Of a stretch of 64,000 nt of DNA, positions 19,384 to 27,800 are shown piece by piece. Origin of the DNA: an uncultured bacterium. Lineage in GTDB: Bacteria; Patescibacteriota; Minisyncoccia; Phycocordibacterales; UBA9973. A program made the position numbers and the translations under genes. The stretch covers positions 8,576-72,575 of the forward strand of contig CAITQP010000009.1 in assembly GCA_903894565.1 (NCBI GenBank), read 5' to 3'. The notes below the pieces were generated by a model, which made no database searches, was not told where the DNA came from, and was given only the letters and a program-made list of their open reading frames with translations. How positions within the stretch are numbered: the stretch's first letter is position 1; the number at the start of each line of letters is the position of its first letter.

Positions 19384-19722
19384 TTACAGGACTTCGATCT
19401 TATCGCCCTTTTTCAAATAAACGTAGGCCTTTCGTCCACCTGCGGTGGTACCTACTTTGCCTCGGCGTCCGCGTGGCATGACCTTTTTCTCGGACATGTT
19501 CACGGTGCGAACAGCAACTGGAGTAACTTTGTACATCGCTTTGATAGCTTTGATGATTTCACTCTTTGTTGCATTCCCTGCAACATTGAATGTGTACACG
19601 TTCTGCTCTGAGAGCAATGCTGCTTTTTCAGTGATACGAGCATTCAAGATGATCGAACTCTTTGGAGCAACAACTTTCTCTTCTTTCTTGTCAGCTTTTT
19701 TGGTTACTTTTTTCGTTGCCAT
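19384..19722 (-). CDS. rplW: 50S ribosomal protein L23
   Basis: ITEKA, YTFNV...ATKSEI, RKAYVYLKKG. Confidence 0.96.
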   Translation of the reverse strand: MATKKVTKKADKKEEKVVAPKSSIILNARITEKAALLSEQNVYTFNVAGNATKSEIIKAIKAMYKVTPVAVRTVNMSEKKVMPRGRRGKVGTTAGGRKAYVYLKKGDKIEVL

Positions 19723-19725
19723 AGA

Positions 19726-20403
19726 TTACTTCTTTGATACTGTGCAGCGCTTTTCAAGCGTAGCAACACTTGCGTCAGCATCGACGAAGATGACGTACTG
19801 GTGGTTGAGAACATCAAACGTGTTGAGGTCCTTTGCGAGTGAAAGTGAAACCTGTGGGATGTTGCGGAAACTCTGTGAGAAAACTTTGTCGACAGCTGGG
19901 ATCACAACCATTGCCTTTGGAGTGCGAGCTTTTGCAAGCTTCTCAAATCCATTGATTTTGGCGAATGCCTGAACGATAGCTGCTGCGTCTTGTGTCTTTG
20001 GAGCTTTTCCAAAACCAAGTGTCTCAGTGAAGAGCACCTGACCATCTTTCATCTTTGCAGAGAGAGCGGTTGCAAGAGCTTTGCTTGCCATCTTCTTGTT
20101 GACCTTCTGTTTGTAATTCTTCTCAGCAAGAGGTCCATGAGTAACACCTCCACCTTTCCAGATTGGAGAGCGGGATGATCCGTGACGAGCACGTCCTGTT
20201 CCCTTTTGCTTCCATGGCTTCTTTCCTCCTCCACGAACTTCTGCACGTCCTTTTGTATCTGCTGTTCCAGCACGAGTGTTTGCGCGAATTGCACGAAGTA
20301 CTTGGTGAACGAGGTCGCCATTCCATGAGACTCCGAACACATTCTCTGGAAGATTGATCTCTCCTTTCTTTTCGCCTTTTGCGTTGTATGTAGGATTTTT
20401 CAT
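19726..20403 (-). CDS. rplD: 50S ribosomal protein L4
   Basis: TKGRAEVRGGGKKPWKQKGTGRARHGSSRSPIWKGGG. Confidence 0.99.
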   Translation of the reverse strand: MKNPTYNAKGEKKGEINLPENVFGVSWNGDLVHQVLRAIRANTRAGTADTKGRAEVRGGGKKPWKQKGTGRARHGSSRSPIWKGGGVTHGPLAEKNYKQKVNKKMASKALATALSAKMKDGQVLFTETLGFGKAPKTQDAAAIVQAFAKINGFEKLAKARTPKAMVVIPAVDKVFSQSFRNIPQVSLSLAKDLNTFDVLNHQYVIFVDADASVATLEKRCTVSKK

Positions 20404-20407
20404 ATGA

Positions 20408-21025
20408 TTACTTCATTACGATTTCGAGCATAGTACCTCGTCGACCTGGAACGGCACCACTGATGAGGAGAGTATTTGTCTCAGCATCAACAGCAAGTAC
20501 TTTCAAATTGGAAACGGTGATGCGCTCGCCACCCATGCGTCCTCCCATGCGCATTCCTTTTGGAACGCGATTACGGAGACCTCCACCGATGGATCCTGGT
20601 GCACGCTCAGAGTGTTTCTGACCGTGTGAACGAGGTCCTCCTTTGAAGTTATGACGCTTGATGACACCCTGGAAACCTTTCGCTTTTGAGATACCACTGA
20701 CAGTGACAACGTCACCTGCAGCAAATACTTCACTCGTAAATTTGTCTCCACTGTTCATCTTTCCAGCCTCATCTGCAGAAACGCGAAACTCGCGTGTCGA
20801 CATAAAAAGACCATTGTCACCGAAATGACCTTTGAGAGCCTTGGTAACATTCTTTTCTTTGCGGACTCCGTAGCCAACTTGGACTGCAGTGTATCCGTCT
20901 TTCTCCATGTTCTTGATCTGCGTAACGACGACTGGCTCAATAGCCACGATCGTTGCAGCGTGCATTTTGCCATCTTCGGCAAAATACTCGGTCATATTCT
21001 TTTTTGTTCCTAATATGAATTTCAT
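20408..21025 (-). CDS. rplC: 50S ribosomal protein L3
   Basis: DGYTAVQVG, SKAKGFQGVIKRHNF, KGMRMGGRMGG, GAVPG. Confidence 0.99.
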   Translation of the reverse strand: MKFILGTKKNMTEYFAEDGKMHAATIVAIEPVVVTQIKNMEKDGYTAVQVGYGVRKEKNVTKALKGHFGDNGLFMSTREFRVSADEAGKMNSGDKFTSEVFAAGDVVTVSGISKAKGFQGVIKRHNFKGGPRSHGQKHSERAPGSIGGGLRNRVPKGMRMGGRMGGERITVSNLKVLAVDAETNTLLISGAVPGRRGTMLEIVMK

Positions 21026-21079
21026 TTTTTTCTTTTCAGCGGAACAGCTTATTACTACTGTTCATGAATTAATAATCTC

Positions 21080-21153
21080 CTACACATCCACAACGTGGAT
21101 GGTTTTCTACACCCCCTTGCGGGGTTGGTTTCTACACCCCCATAGGGGGTAAG
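21080..21153 (-). repeat. three tandem hairpin+TGTAG units in the rpsJ-rplC spacer
   Basis: Plus-strand CTACAC at 21080, 21107 and 21132, each followed by a small stem-loop. Confidence 0.6.
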
Positions 21154-21184
21154 AAAATTTGGTTTGAGTACAAACCTAAATTTT

Positions 21185-21538
21185 CTACATCATCTTAACA
21201 TCCACCTCGACGCCACTTGGGAGTGAGAGACTGGTGAGTGCTTCGATTGTTTTCGCACCTGGATTGAGGATATCAATCACGCGCTTGTGCACGCGAATTT
21301 CAAACTGTTCACGGGTGTTCTTGTAAATAAATGGTGAACGGTTGACCGTGTACTTTTTGATTTCCGTTGGAAGCGGTGTTGGTCCTGCGATGACTGCATC
21401 ATGACGAAGTGCTGTATCCATGATCTGCTTGACCGAGTTGTCGAGAACTTTGTTCTCGTACGCTCGAACGCGGATGCGGAGACGAACTTCACCACTTTTT
21501 GCAGCCTCAGCTGTTTTTTTTGTTTTTGTTGTAGCCAT
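21185..21538 (-). CDS. rpsJ: 30S ribosomal protein S10
   Basis: RIRVRAYE, GPTPLPT, REQFEIRVHKRVIDI, LPSGV. Confidence 0.98.
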   Translation of the reverse strand: MATTKTKKTAEAAKSGEVRLRIRVRAYENKVLDNSVKQIMDTALRHDAVIAGPTPLPTEIKKYTVNRSPFIYKNTREQFEIRVHKRVIDILNPGAKTIEALTSLSLPSGVEVDVKMM

Positions 21539-21549
21539 AATGATGAGGT

Positions 21550-21606
21550 TTTAGTTTCTCGGTTCTCGGTTCGAGCGAATGCTCGAACCGAGCCCCGAGA
21601 ACCTAA
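21550..21606. other. long stem-loop in the tuf-rpsJ spacer
   Basis: TTCTCGG-TT-CTCGGTTCGAGC-GAAT-GCTCGAACCGAG-CC-CCGAGAA. Confidence 0.6.
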
Positions 21607-21615
21607 GAACGAGTT

Positions 21616-22815
21616 CTACGCGATGATACTGGTTACGACTCCGGCACCGACAGTCTTGCCTCCTTCGCGGATAGCGAAGCGCATTCCCTGTTCCATGGCG
21701 ACTGGAGTAACGAGCTTAACCTTGAGGGTTACTGTGTCTCCTGGCATAACCATTTCCTTTCCTTCTGGAAGCATGACATCTCCTGTCACGTCAGTTGTAC
21801 GAACGTAGAACTGAGGCTTGTATCCCTTAAAGAATGGAGTGTGACGTCCACCTTCTTCCTTCTTCAAAATGTAAACTTCACATTCGAATTCAGAGTGAGG
21901 CTTAACGGTACCCATCTTTGCGAGAACCTGTCCACGAGTAATGTCTTCTTTTTTAAGACCGCGAAGAAGGATTCCAGCGTTGTCGCCGGCGATACCTTCT
22001 TTGAGGTTCTTGTTGAACATTTCGATACCAGTGACTGTTGTCTTCTGTGTATCTTTGATTCCAACGATTTCAACTTCTTCACCAACCTTCACAACTCCAC
22101 GCTCGATACGGCCTGTAACAACAGTTCCGCGTCCTTCGATTGAGAAGATGTCTTCAACCGGCATAAGGAATGGCTTTGTGATGTCGCGTTCTGGAAGTGG
22201 GAAGTAAGTGTCGAGAGCGTTTGCGAGCTCAAGAACTTTCTGTGCCCATGGATCATTGTTGTCTGCAGACTCGAGAGCCTTGAGACCTGAACCACGGATG
22301 ACAGGACATCCTGCGCCGTCGAAGCCCTGCTTGGTGAGGAGTTCGCGGACTTCTTCTTCAACGAGCTCGATGAGATCTGGATCATCAACCATGTCGCACT
22401 TGTTGAGGAACACGATGATCTTTGGCACTCCAACCTGTTTTGCAAGGAGGATGTGTTCACGAGTCTGTGGCATAACACCGTCAGTCGCAGCAACAACGAT
22501 GATTGCTCCGTCCATTTGAGCGGCACCGGTAATCATGTTCTTGATGTAGTCGGCGTGTCCTGGAGCATCAATGTGAGCGTAGTGGCGAGTAGGAGTCTCG
22601 TACTCGTTGTGAGAGAGGGCGATCGTGATTCCACGAGCCTTTTCTTCAGGAGCCTTGTCGATATCTCCAACACCCTTAAGCTTTGCACTGTAACCATTTC
22701 CCTGACGAGCAAGAACCGTAAGGATCGCTGCTGTAAGAGTAGTTTTGCCGTGGTCAACGTGACCGATGGTTCCTACGTTGACATGGGGCTTGGAACGGTT
22801 GAATTCTTCTGCCAT
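21616..22815 (-). CDS. tuf: elongation factor Tu
   Basis: [33 protein letters not shown]. Confidence 0.99.
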   Translation of the reverse strand: MAEEFNRSKPHVNVGTIGHVDHGKTTLTAAILTVLARQGNGYSAKLKGVGDIDKAPEEKARGITIALSHNEYETPTRHYAHIDAPGHADYIKNMITGAAQMDGAIIVVAATDGVMPQTREHILLAKQVGVPKIIVFLNKCDMVDDPDLIELVEEEVRELLTKQGFDGAGCPVIRGSGLKALESADNNDPWAQKVLELANALDTYFPLPERDITKPFLMPVEDIFSIEGRGTVVTGRIERGVVKVGEEVEIVGIKDTQKTTVTGIEMFNKNLKEGIAGDNAGILLRGLKKEDITRGQVLAKMGTVKPHSEFECEVYILKKEEGGRHTPFFKGYKPQFYVRTTDVTGDVMLPEGKEMVMPGDTVTLKVKLVTPVAMEQGMRFAIREGGKTVGAGVVTSIIA

Positions 22816-22869
22816 ATGTTTTTTGAGCTACTTATTAAAGTGAGCTTATAAAATTAAGAACTAATAATG

Positions 22870-23045
22870 CGCGAGCCTGCGCAAGGTTGGTTACTGGCGA
22901 GAGCAGGGGCACCAAGCTTGTCTTTGAACTATTCGTAAAAATAGCCTTGAAATGAAAGACAAAACTGCCTCTGCCACAGCCACTAACCGTTTGAAAGTCC
23001 GCACCCAGGCACGAAAAAATAGCCTGGGGAGAGCTATCGAGGTTG
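22870..23045 (-). ncRNA. candidate structured RNA / long 5' leader upstream of tuf
   Basis: Nested helices on the minus strand (GGTTAGTGGC/GCCAGTAACC, TTGTCTTT/AAAGACAA, CTATT/AATAG) after a TTGACA-N16-TAATAT promoter at ~23046-23073. Confidence 0.45.
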
Positions 23046-23138
23046 ATATTAGCAGATTTAGGGGGTATGTCAACTGATTTTGGGTAAAAATTGACGATTT
23101 CAACGAATATAGTGTAGTATGCAACAAAATCATACAAA

Positions 23139-23537
23139 ATGAATCGAAGATTATTGTTTGCGCTCATCGGCATCGTTGCCCTTCAGTGCATGCTTGCCTG
23201 TAATAGCAAGCCCAAAAAAGATTATTCTGCTCTCCTTTCGAGGATTGAGCTGATATGTAGGGCAGATACGTCTCTCCCGCCAACTTATAGCGACGGAGAC
23301 AGCATTTTTCGCCACTATCAGGGTGGAGCGAAGACAGTTTTCTCGCTGAACCGAAATGGTGATAAAAAAACTGTAAGTACTGAGTACCCCTTGGATGATA
23401 CCGACACGGTAGAGATTACCCTTACAATGGATAATGTCTCAGGGAGCATCATGTGCTTCGACAAAGAACACGAGTTCAAATATTATCAATTATTCTCTTC
23501 GGAAGAAGCAATAGATAAACTTGAACGAATTAAGTAA
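23139..23537 (+). CDS. putative lipoprotein / secreted protein
   Basis: MNRR + hydrophobic core + MLAC lipobox-like motif; own promoter TTGACG-N18-TAGTAT. Confidence 0.65.
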   Translation: MNRRLLFALIGIVALQCMLACNSKPKKDYSALLSRIELICRADTSLPPTYSDGDSIFRHYQGGAKTVFSLNRNGDKKTVSTEYPLDDTDTVEITLTMDNVSGSIMCFDKEHEFKYYQLFSSEEAIDKLERIK

Positions 23538-23543
23538 CGCCTG

Positions 23544-23583
23544 TAGGCAAGAAAAAATCTGCCCACAGGTTTTTTCTTGCCTA
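23544..23583. terminator. bidirectional terminator
   Basis: TAGGCAAGAAAAAATCTG-CCCA-CAGGTTTTTTCTTGCCTA between convergent genes. Confidence 0.7.
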
Positions 23584-23592
23584 TTTCATTTT

Positions 23593-23883
23593 TTAAACGA
23601 GCTGAACGCGTTTGCCGAGTGCGTGGGCGATGCGATTGAGTGTATCGAGTGAGATGCTGTGCTGACCGCTCTCGATACGGGCGATGACCGATTGTGGCAT
23701 CTTGGCCTTCTTCGCGACAGCGAGCTGAGTCATCCCCTTTTCTTTACGAACGCGTTTGATTTCCATGACGAGATTCAAGCGCATAGCTTCCTCGTTATAG
23801 GATTTGATAAAGGCCTTTGATTTTGAAGCTTTTTTGAAAACTTCGTCCACCGTATAAAATTCCAGTCCGTTGATTATTTCCAT
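23593..23883 (-). CDS. XRE-family HTH antitoxin (HigA-like)
   Basis: RKEKGMTQLAVAKKAKMPQSVIARIESG...LDTLNRIAHALG. Confidence 0.85.
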   Translation of the reverse strand: MEIINGLEFYTVDEVFKKASKSKAFIKSYNEEAMRLNLVMEIKRVRKEKGMTQLAVAKKAKMPQSVIARIESGQHSISLDTLNRIAHALGKRVQLV

Positions 23884-24179
23884 ATATTTTTTAGATAATG
23901 ATATATTCGCAATGCATTTTCGATTTCTTGAGGCGGTGTTTTGGCTGTCTTTTTTATAAACACAGAAACAAAATATATCTCGTTTGATTCTATAAAAAAT
24001 AATATCCGGTAATGAAGCACAATCAGTTCACGAATCGGAAAGCGGAGCATTTTAGTGTGAACTGATTGAAAATGACCATACAATAGCGCATCGAGCGCAA
24101 GTCGAACTTTGCCTTGTTCTTTGTTTGAAAGATTATTTATAAATTCAGAAACATTTCTTAATACTTTGCTCTGGTACAT
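23874..24179 (-). CDS. RelE/HigB-family (Gp49-like) toxin
   Basis: EFINNL, IRELIV...YRILFF, FIKKTAKTPPQEIENA; toxin-first order overlapping the antitoxin. Confidence 0.82.
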   Translation of the reverse strand: MYQSKVLRNVSEFINNLSNKEQGKVRLALDALLYGHFQSVHTKMLRFPIRELIVLHYRILFFIESNEIYFVSVFIKKTAKTPPQEIENALRIYHYLKNIWK

Positions 24180-24280
24180 AATGAATATATCAATATTGCT
24201 ATAGTGCTGTCAATGAGCTTTATTAAGATTTACGATACCAAATCCGATATCAATTCTATGCAAAGAAATTGTCGAGGAAT

Positions 24281-24315
24281 AGCAAAAGGCGCGCCCTCCG
24301 GGCGCGCCTTTTGCT
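24281..24315 (-). terminator. terminator after fusA
   Basis: AGCAAAAGGCGCGCCC-TCC-GGGCGCGCCTTTTGCT. Confidence 0.75.
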
Positions 24316-24341
24316 TCTTTCATTTGTTTGTCGTCCGAACC

Positions 24342-26507
24342 TTAAGCAGTTGCTGAGCGAGCCTTTACGATTTCGTCAGCTACGTTCTTAGGGACGATAT
24401 CGTAGCGGAGGAATTCCATTGTGAATCCTGCGCGACCTTCTGTCATCGAGCGGAGGTTCGTCATGTAACCGAACATTTCCGAGAGTGGCACCACAGCTTT
24501 GACGGCTTGGTTGAGTCCACGCTGTTCCATACCTTCGATGATTCCACGCTTCGCGGAGAGTGATCCAGTGACATCTCCCATGAATTTGTCTGGAGTGACC
24601 ACTTCAACACTCATCATCGGCTCAAGGATAACAGGGCTTGCGCGTCGTGCGGCTTCTTGAACGGCCATTGAGGCTGCGATCTTGAAGGCCATTTCGTTTG
24701 AGTCCACATCGTGGTACGAACCATCCCAGAGTTCAACAGAAATATCTTCCATTTTGAATCCAGCAACAACTCCACGATCGAGACCTTCTTTGAATCCTTT
24801 TTCACAGGCTGGAATGTATTCCAAAGGAATAGCTCCTCCCTTGATTGTGTTGATGAATTCGAAGTGTTCTTCGCGCTTGGTGTTGCGTGGGAGATCTTCG
24901 ATTTCTTCCTTGGTCATTTTGACCATAGGCTTCATCTTGATCTTTACGTGACCGTAGTTTCCACGACCTCCCGTCTGCTTGATATACTTACCTTCAGCTT
25001 CTGATTCAGTCGATATCGTTTCGCGGTAAGCAACTTGTGGTTTACCAACATTCACTTCAACAGTGAACTCACGCTTGAGACGGTCAACAATGATTTCAAG
25101 GTGGAGTTCTCCCATTCCGGCGATGATTGTCTCACCTGTTTCCTGATCTGTCGAAACGCGGAATGTTGGATCTTCTTGACCGAGACGGTTAAGCGCCATA
25201 CCCATTTTTTCTTGGTCAGCCTTTGTCTTTGGCTCAATACGCATAGAGATAACTGGCTCCGGGAAGACGATACGATCGAGTGCGATTGGGTGCTCCGGCT
25301 CACAAAGAGTGTCTGAAGTGATCGCTTCTTTGAGTCCAACGGCCGCTGCGATTTCTCCAGCGAATACTTTCTTCACTTCTTCACGCTCGTTTGCGTGCAT
25401 ACGAACGATACGTCCAACACGTTCTTTGTTGCGAGTACGTGGGTTGTAAACGTATGAACCAGCAGAGAGAGTTCCTGAATACACGCGGAAGAAGATGAGC
25501 TGTCCAACGAATGGGTCAGATGCAACTTTGAACGCAAGTGCTGAGAGTGGCTCGTTGTCATTTGCTGTAATCACGACGTCCTCTTCTGTGTCAGGGTTGA
25601 TTGCATGCATTGGTGGCATGTCAGATGGTGATGGGAGGTAGTCAACGACTGAGTCGAGGACGAGTTGAACACCCTTGTTCTTGAGCGCAGTTCCCGCAAG
25701 CACTGGGAAGATTGCATTCGCGATAACCGCTTTGCGGAGCACGACTTTGAGTTCAGCAAGTGATGGCTCTTTGCCGTCGAGGTATGAGGTCATCATCGCA
25801 TCGTCGTTCGCAACGATTGCTTCGATGAGTTCTGCGCGATATTTTGCAACATCGGCCTTCATGTCTTCTGGGATGTTGTCTGAAACGACAACTTTCTCAC
25901 CCTTGTCGCCTTCGAAACGGACGGCTTTGTTTGCAAGAAGATCAATAACACCTTCGAATTTTTCTTCGAGACCGATTGGGAGGTGGAGACGAACTGCCTT
26001 CTTACTGAGACGATCAAGAATAGATGCGAATGATTTCTCAAAGTTTGCACCTGTTCGGTCGAGCTTGTTGATGAAACAGATACGAGGAACATTGGCCTCG
26101 TCGGCGTAACGCCAGTTGGTCTCAGACTGTGGCTCAACTCCGGCAACACCGTCGAAGACGACGACTGCACCGTCGAGCACGCGGAGAGAACGCTTCACTT
26201 CCACAGTGAAGTCGATGTGCCCAGGAGTGTCGATGAGGTTGAAGCGGAACTTCTTGCTCAAGTCTTTGACGTCGGGGACGTAGGTCGGTGTCCAGAAACA
26301 TGTTGTAGCAGCAGCGGTAATCGTGATTCCACGCTCACGCTCCTGTTCCATCCAGTCCATCACAGCTTCACCTTCGTGCACTTCTCCGATCTTGTGGGAG
26401 ACACCCGTATAAAAGAGCACACGCTCTGATGTCGTGGTCTTACCGGCATCGATGTGGGCAATGATACCGAAGTTTCGAACCTTATTGAGAGGATAATCGC
26501 GTTCCAT
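24342..26507 (-). CDS. fusA: elongation factor G
   Basis: AHIDAGKTT, DWMEQERERGITI, DTPGHIDF, NKLD, GMGELHLEI. Confidence 0.99.
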   Translation of the reverse strand: MERDYPLNKVRNFGIIAHIDAGKTTTSERVLFYTGVSHKIGEVHEGEAVMDWMEQERERGITITAAATTCFWTPTYVPDVKDLSKKFRFNLIDTPGHIDFTVEVKRSLRVLDGAVVVFDGVAGVEPQSETNWRYADEANVPRICFINKLDRTGANFEKSFASILDRLSKKAVRLHLPIGLEEKFEGVIDLLANKAVRFEGDKGEKVVVSDNIPEDMKADVAKYRAELIEAIVANDDAMMTSYLDGKEPSLAELKVVLRKAVIANAIFPVLAGTALKNKGVQLVLDSVVDYLPSPSDMPPMHAINPDTEEDVVITANDNEPLSALAFKVASDPFVGQLIFFRVYSGTLSAGSYVYNPRTRNKERVGRIVRMHANEREEVKKVFAGEIAAAVGLKEAITSDTLCEPEHPIALDRIVFPEPVISMRIEPKTKADQEKMGMALNRLGQEDPTFRVSTDQETGETIIAGMGELHLEIIVDRLKREFTVEVNVGKPQVAYRETISTESEAEGKYIKQTGGRGNYGHVKIKMKPMVKMTKEEIEDLPRNTKREEHFEFINTIKGGAIPLEYIPACEKGFKEGLDRGVVAGFKMEDISVELWDGSYHDVDSNEMAFKIAASMAVQEAARRASPVILEPMMSVEVVTPDKFMGDVTGSLSAKRGIIEGMEQRGLNQAVKAVVPLSEMFGYMTNLRSMTEGRAGFTMEFLRYDIVPKNVADEIVKARSATA

Positions 26508-26644
26508 GGAATTACTTATATATAATCAATTCTAATAAAAAAAGAGACACCGAGTCCCATTTGTTCGGAAACTATACAGAAAAAGCGCTTTTTTTGCAAA
26601 TAAAAAATCCCCATAAAGGGGATTTTTTAAAAATGAGGTGATAT

Positions 26645-27115
26645 TTACCAAGCAAGGTGAGCAAAAGCTTTGTTTGATTCTGCCATCTTCTTTGTATCGT
26701 CTCGCTTTTTGATTGCGGCACCTTCGTTGTTGAAAGCTTGCATGAGTTCGTTCGCGAGCTTCTCGGCCATTGGTTTGCCTTTGCCGCCACGTGCAGCATC
26801 GATAATCCAGCGGTATGCGAGTGCTTGTTTGCGCTCTGGGCGAACTTCGCGTGGAACCTGATAGTTTGCTCCACCAACACGGCGTGAGCGAACTTCAATT
26901 GCTGGTCCAACGTTCTTGATCGCTGCATCGAAGATTTCGAGTGGATTTTCGTTTCCAGTCTTTACCTTGATGATTTCGAGGGCGTCATAGACACACTTGC
27001 GTGATTTGTCTTTCTTTCCATCCTGCATCACGTAGTTGATGAATTTTTCAAGACGCTCTGAGCCGAACTTGATGTCTGCTCCTGGGATATTTCGTTTTTT
27101 AACTGGTCTTCGCAT
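26645..27115 (-). CDS. rpsG: 30S ribosomal protein S7
   Basis: EVRSRRVGGANYQVP, MAESNKAFAH. Confidence 0.99.
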   Translation of the reverse strand: MRRPVKKRNIPGADIKFGSERLEKFINYVMQDGKKDKSRKCVYDALEIIKVKTGNENPLEIFDAAIKNVGPAIEVRSRRVGGANYQVPREVRPERKQALAYRWIIDAARGGKGKPMAEKLANELMQAFNNEGAAIKKRDDTKKMAESNKAFAHLAW

Positions 27116-27135
27116 AGTAAGTAGAGATTAGAGGA

Positions 27136-27561
27136 TTATTTCTTGACGGCAGCCTTAGGCTTTTTGTTACCGTAGAGAGAGCGCGACTGGCGACGCTTCT
27201 CAACACCTGCTGCATCGAGACGTCCGCGAACGATGTGGTAACGAACTCCGATAAGGTCCTTCACGCGTCCACCACGGAGCATGACGACTGAGTGTTCTTG
27301 GAGGTTGTGTCCTTCACCTGGGATGTAGGCAGTAACTTCCATTCCGTTTGAGAGACGAACGCGGGCGATCTTTCGGAGCGCTGAGTTTGGCTTCTTTGGA
27401 GTAGTCGTTGTGACCTTTGTACATACACCACGCTTGAACGGCGCCGAATAGTAGATTGGGCGGTTCTTAAGCGCGTTAAAACCACGCGAAAGCGCAGTAG
27501 TTCGAGACTTTTGGACGACCTGTTTGCGTCCCTTTTTTGAGAGTTGATTTATTGTAGGCAT
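27136..27561 (-). CDS. rpsL: 30S ribosomal protein S12
   Basis: [31 protein letters not shown]; start at ATG 27561. Confidence 0.99.
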   Translation of the reverse strand: MPTINQLSKKGRKQVVQKSRTTALSRGFNALKNRPIYYSAPFKRGVCTKVTTTTPKKPNSALRKIARVRLSNGMEVTAYIPGEGHNLQEHSVVMLRGGRVKDLIGVRYHIVRGRLDAAGVEKRRQSRSLYGNKKPKAAVKK

Positions 27562-27673
27562 GTAGTGATTAAAATAAAAAGCTAGGCTACACCCAGAAGC
27601 AACTCGAACAATATCTAGGGGGAACTCGCTTAGGTCAGTACTATACATAGACTCTCGAGAAAATGCAAGAGGG

Positions 27674-27800
27674 AGGCGGGAAAACCACAAAATGCCCTTG
27701 TGAAAGTATCCGCGGAGCGCGACGGCGCGAGCGTGAGGCGAAAATCCTTCAGGATTTTACGCTGGTACTTTCACAAGGGCATTTTGTGGTTTTCCCGCCT
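27674..27800. mobile_element. hairpin element family B, copy 2
   Basis: Perfect 35-bp arms (27674-27708 / 27766-27800); core homologous to 6346-6402 with compensatory changes. Confidence 0.8.

Noticed and set aside
21080-21153. Mini-CRISPR reading of the CTACAC repeats
   Set aside because: Only ~6-10 conserved bases, no spacers of CRISPR length and no cas genes.
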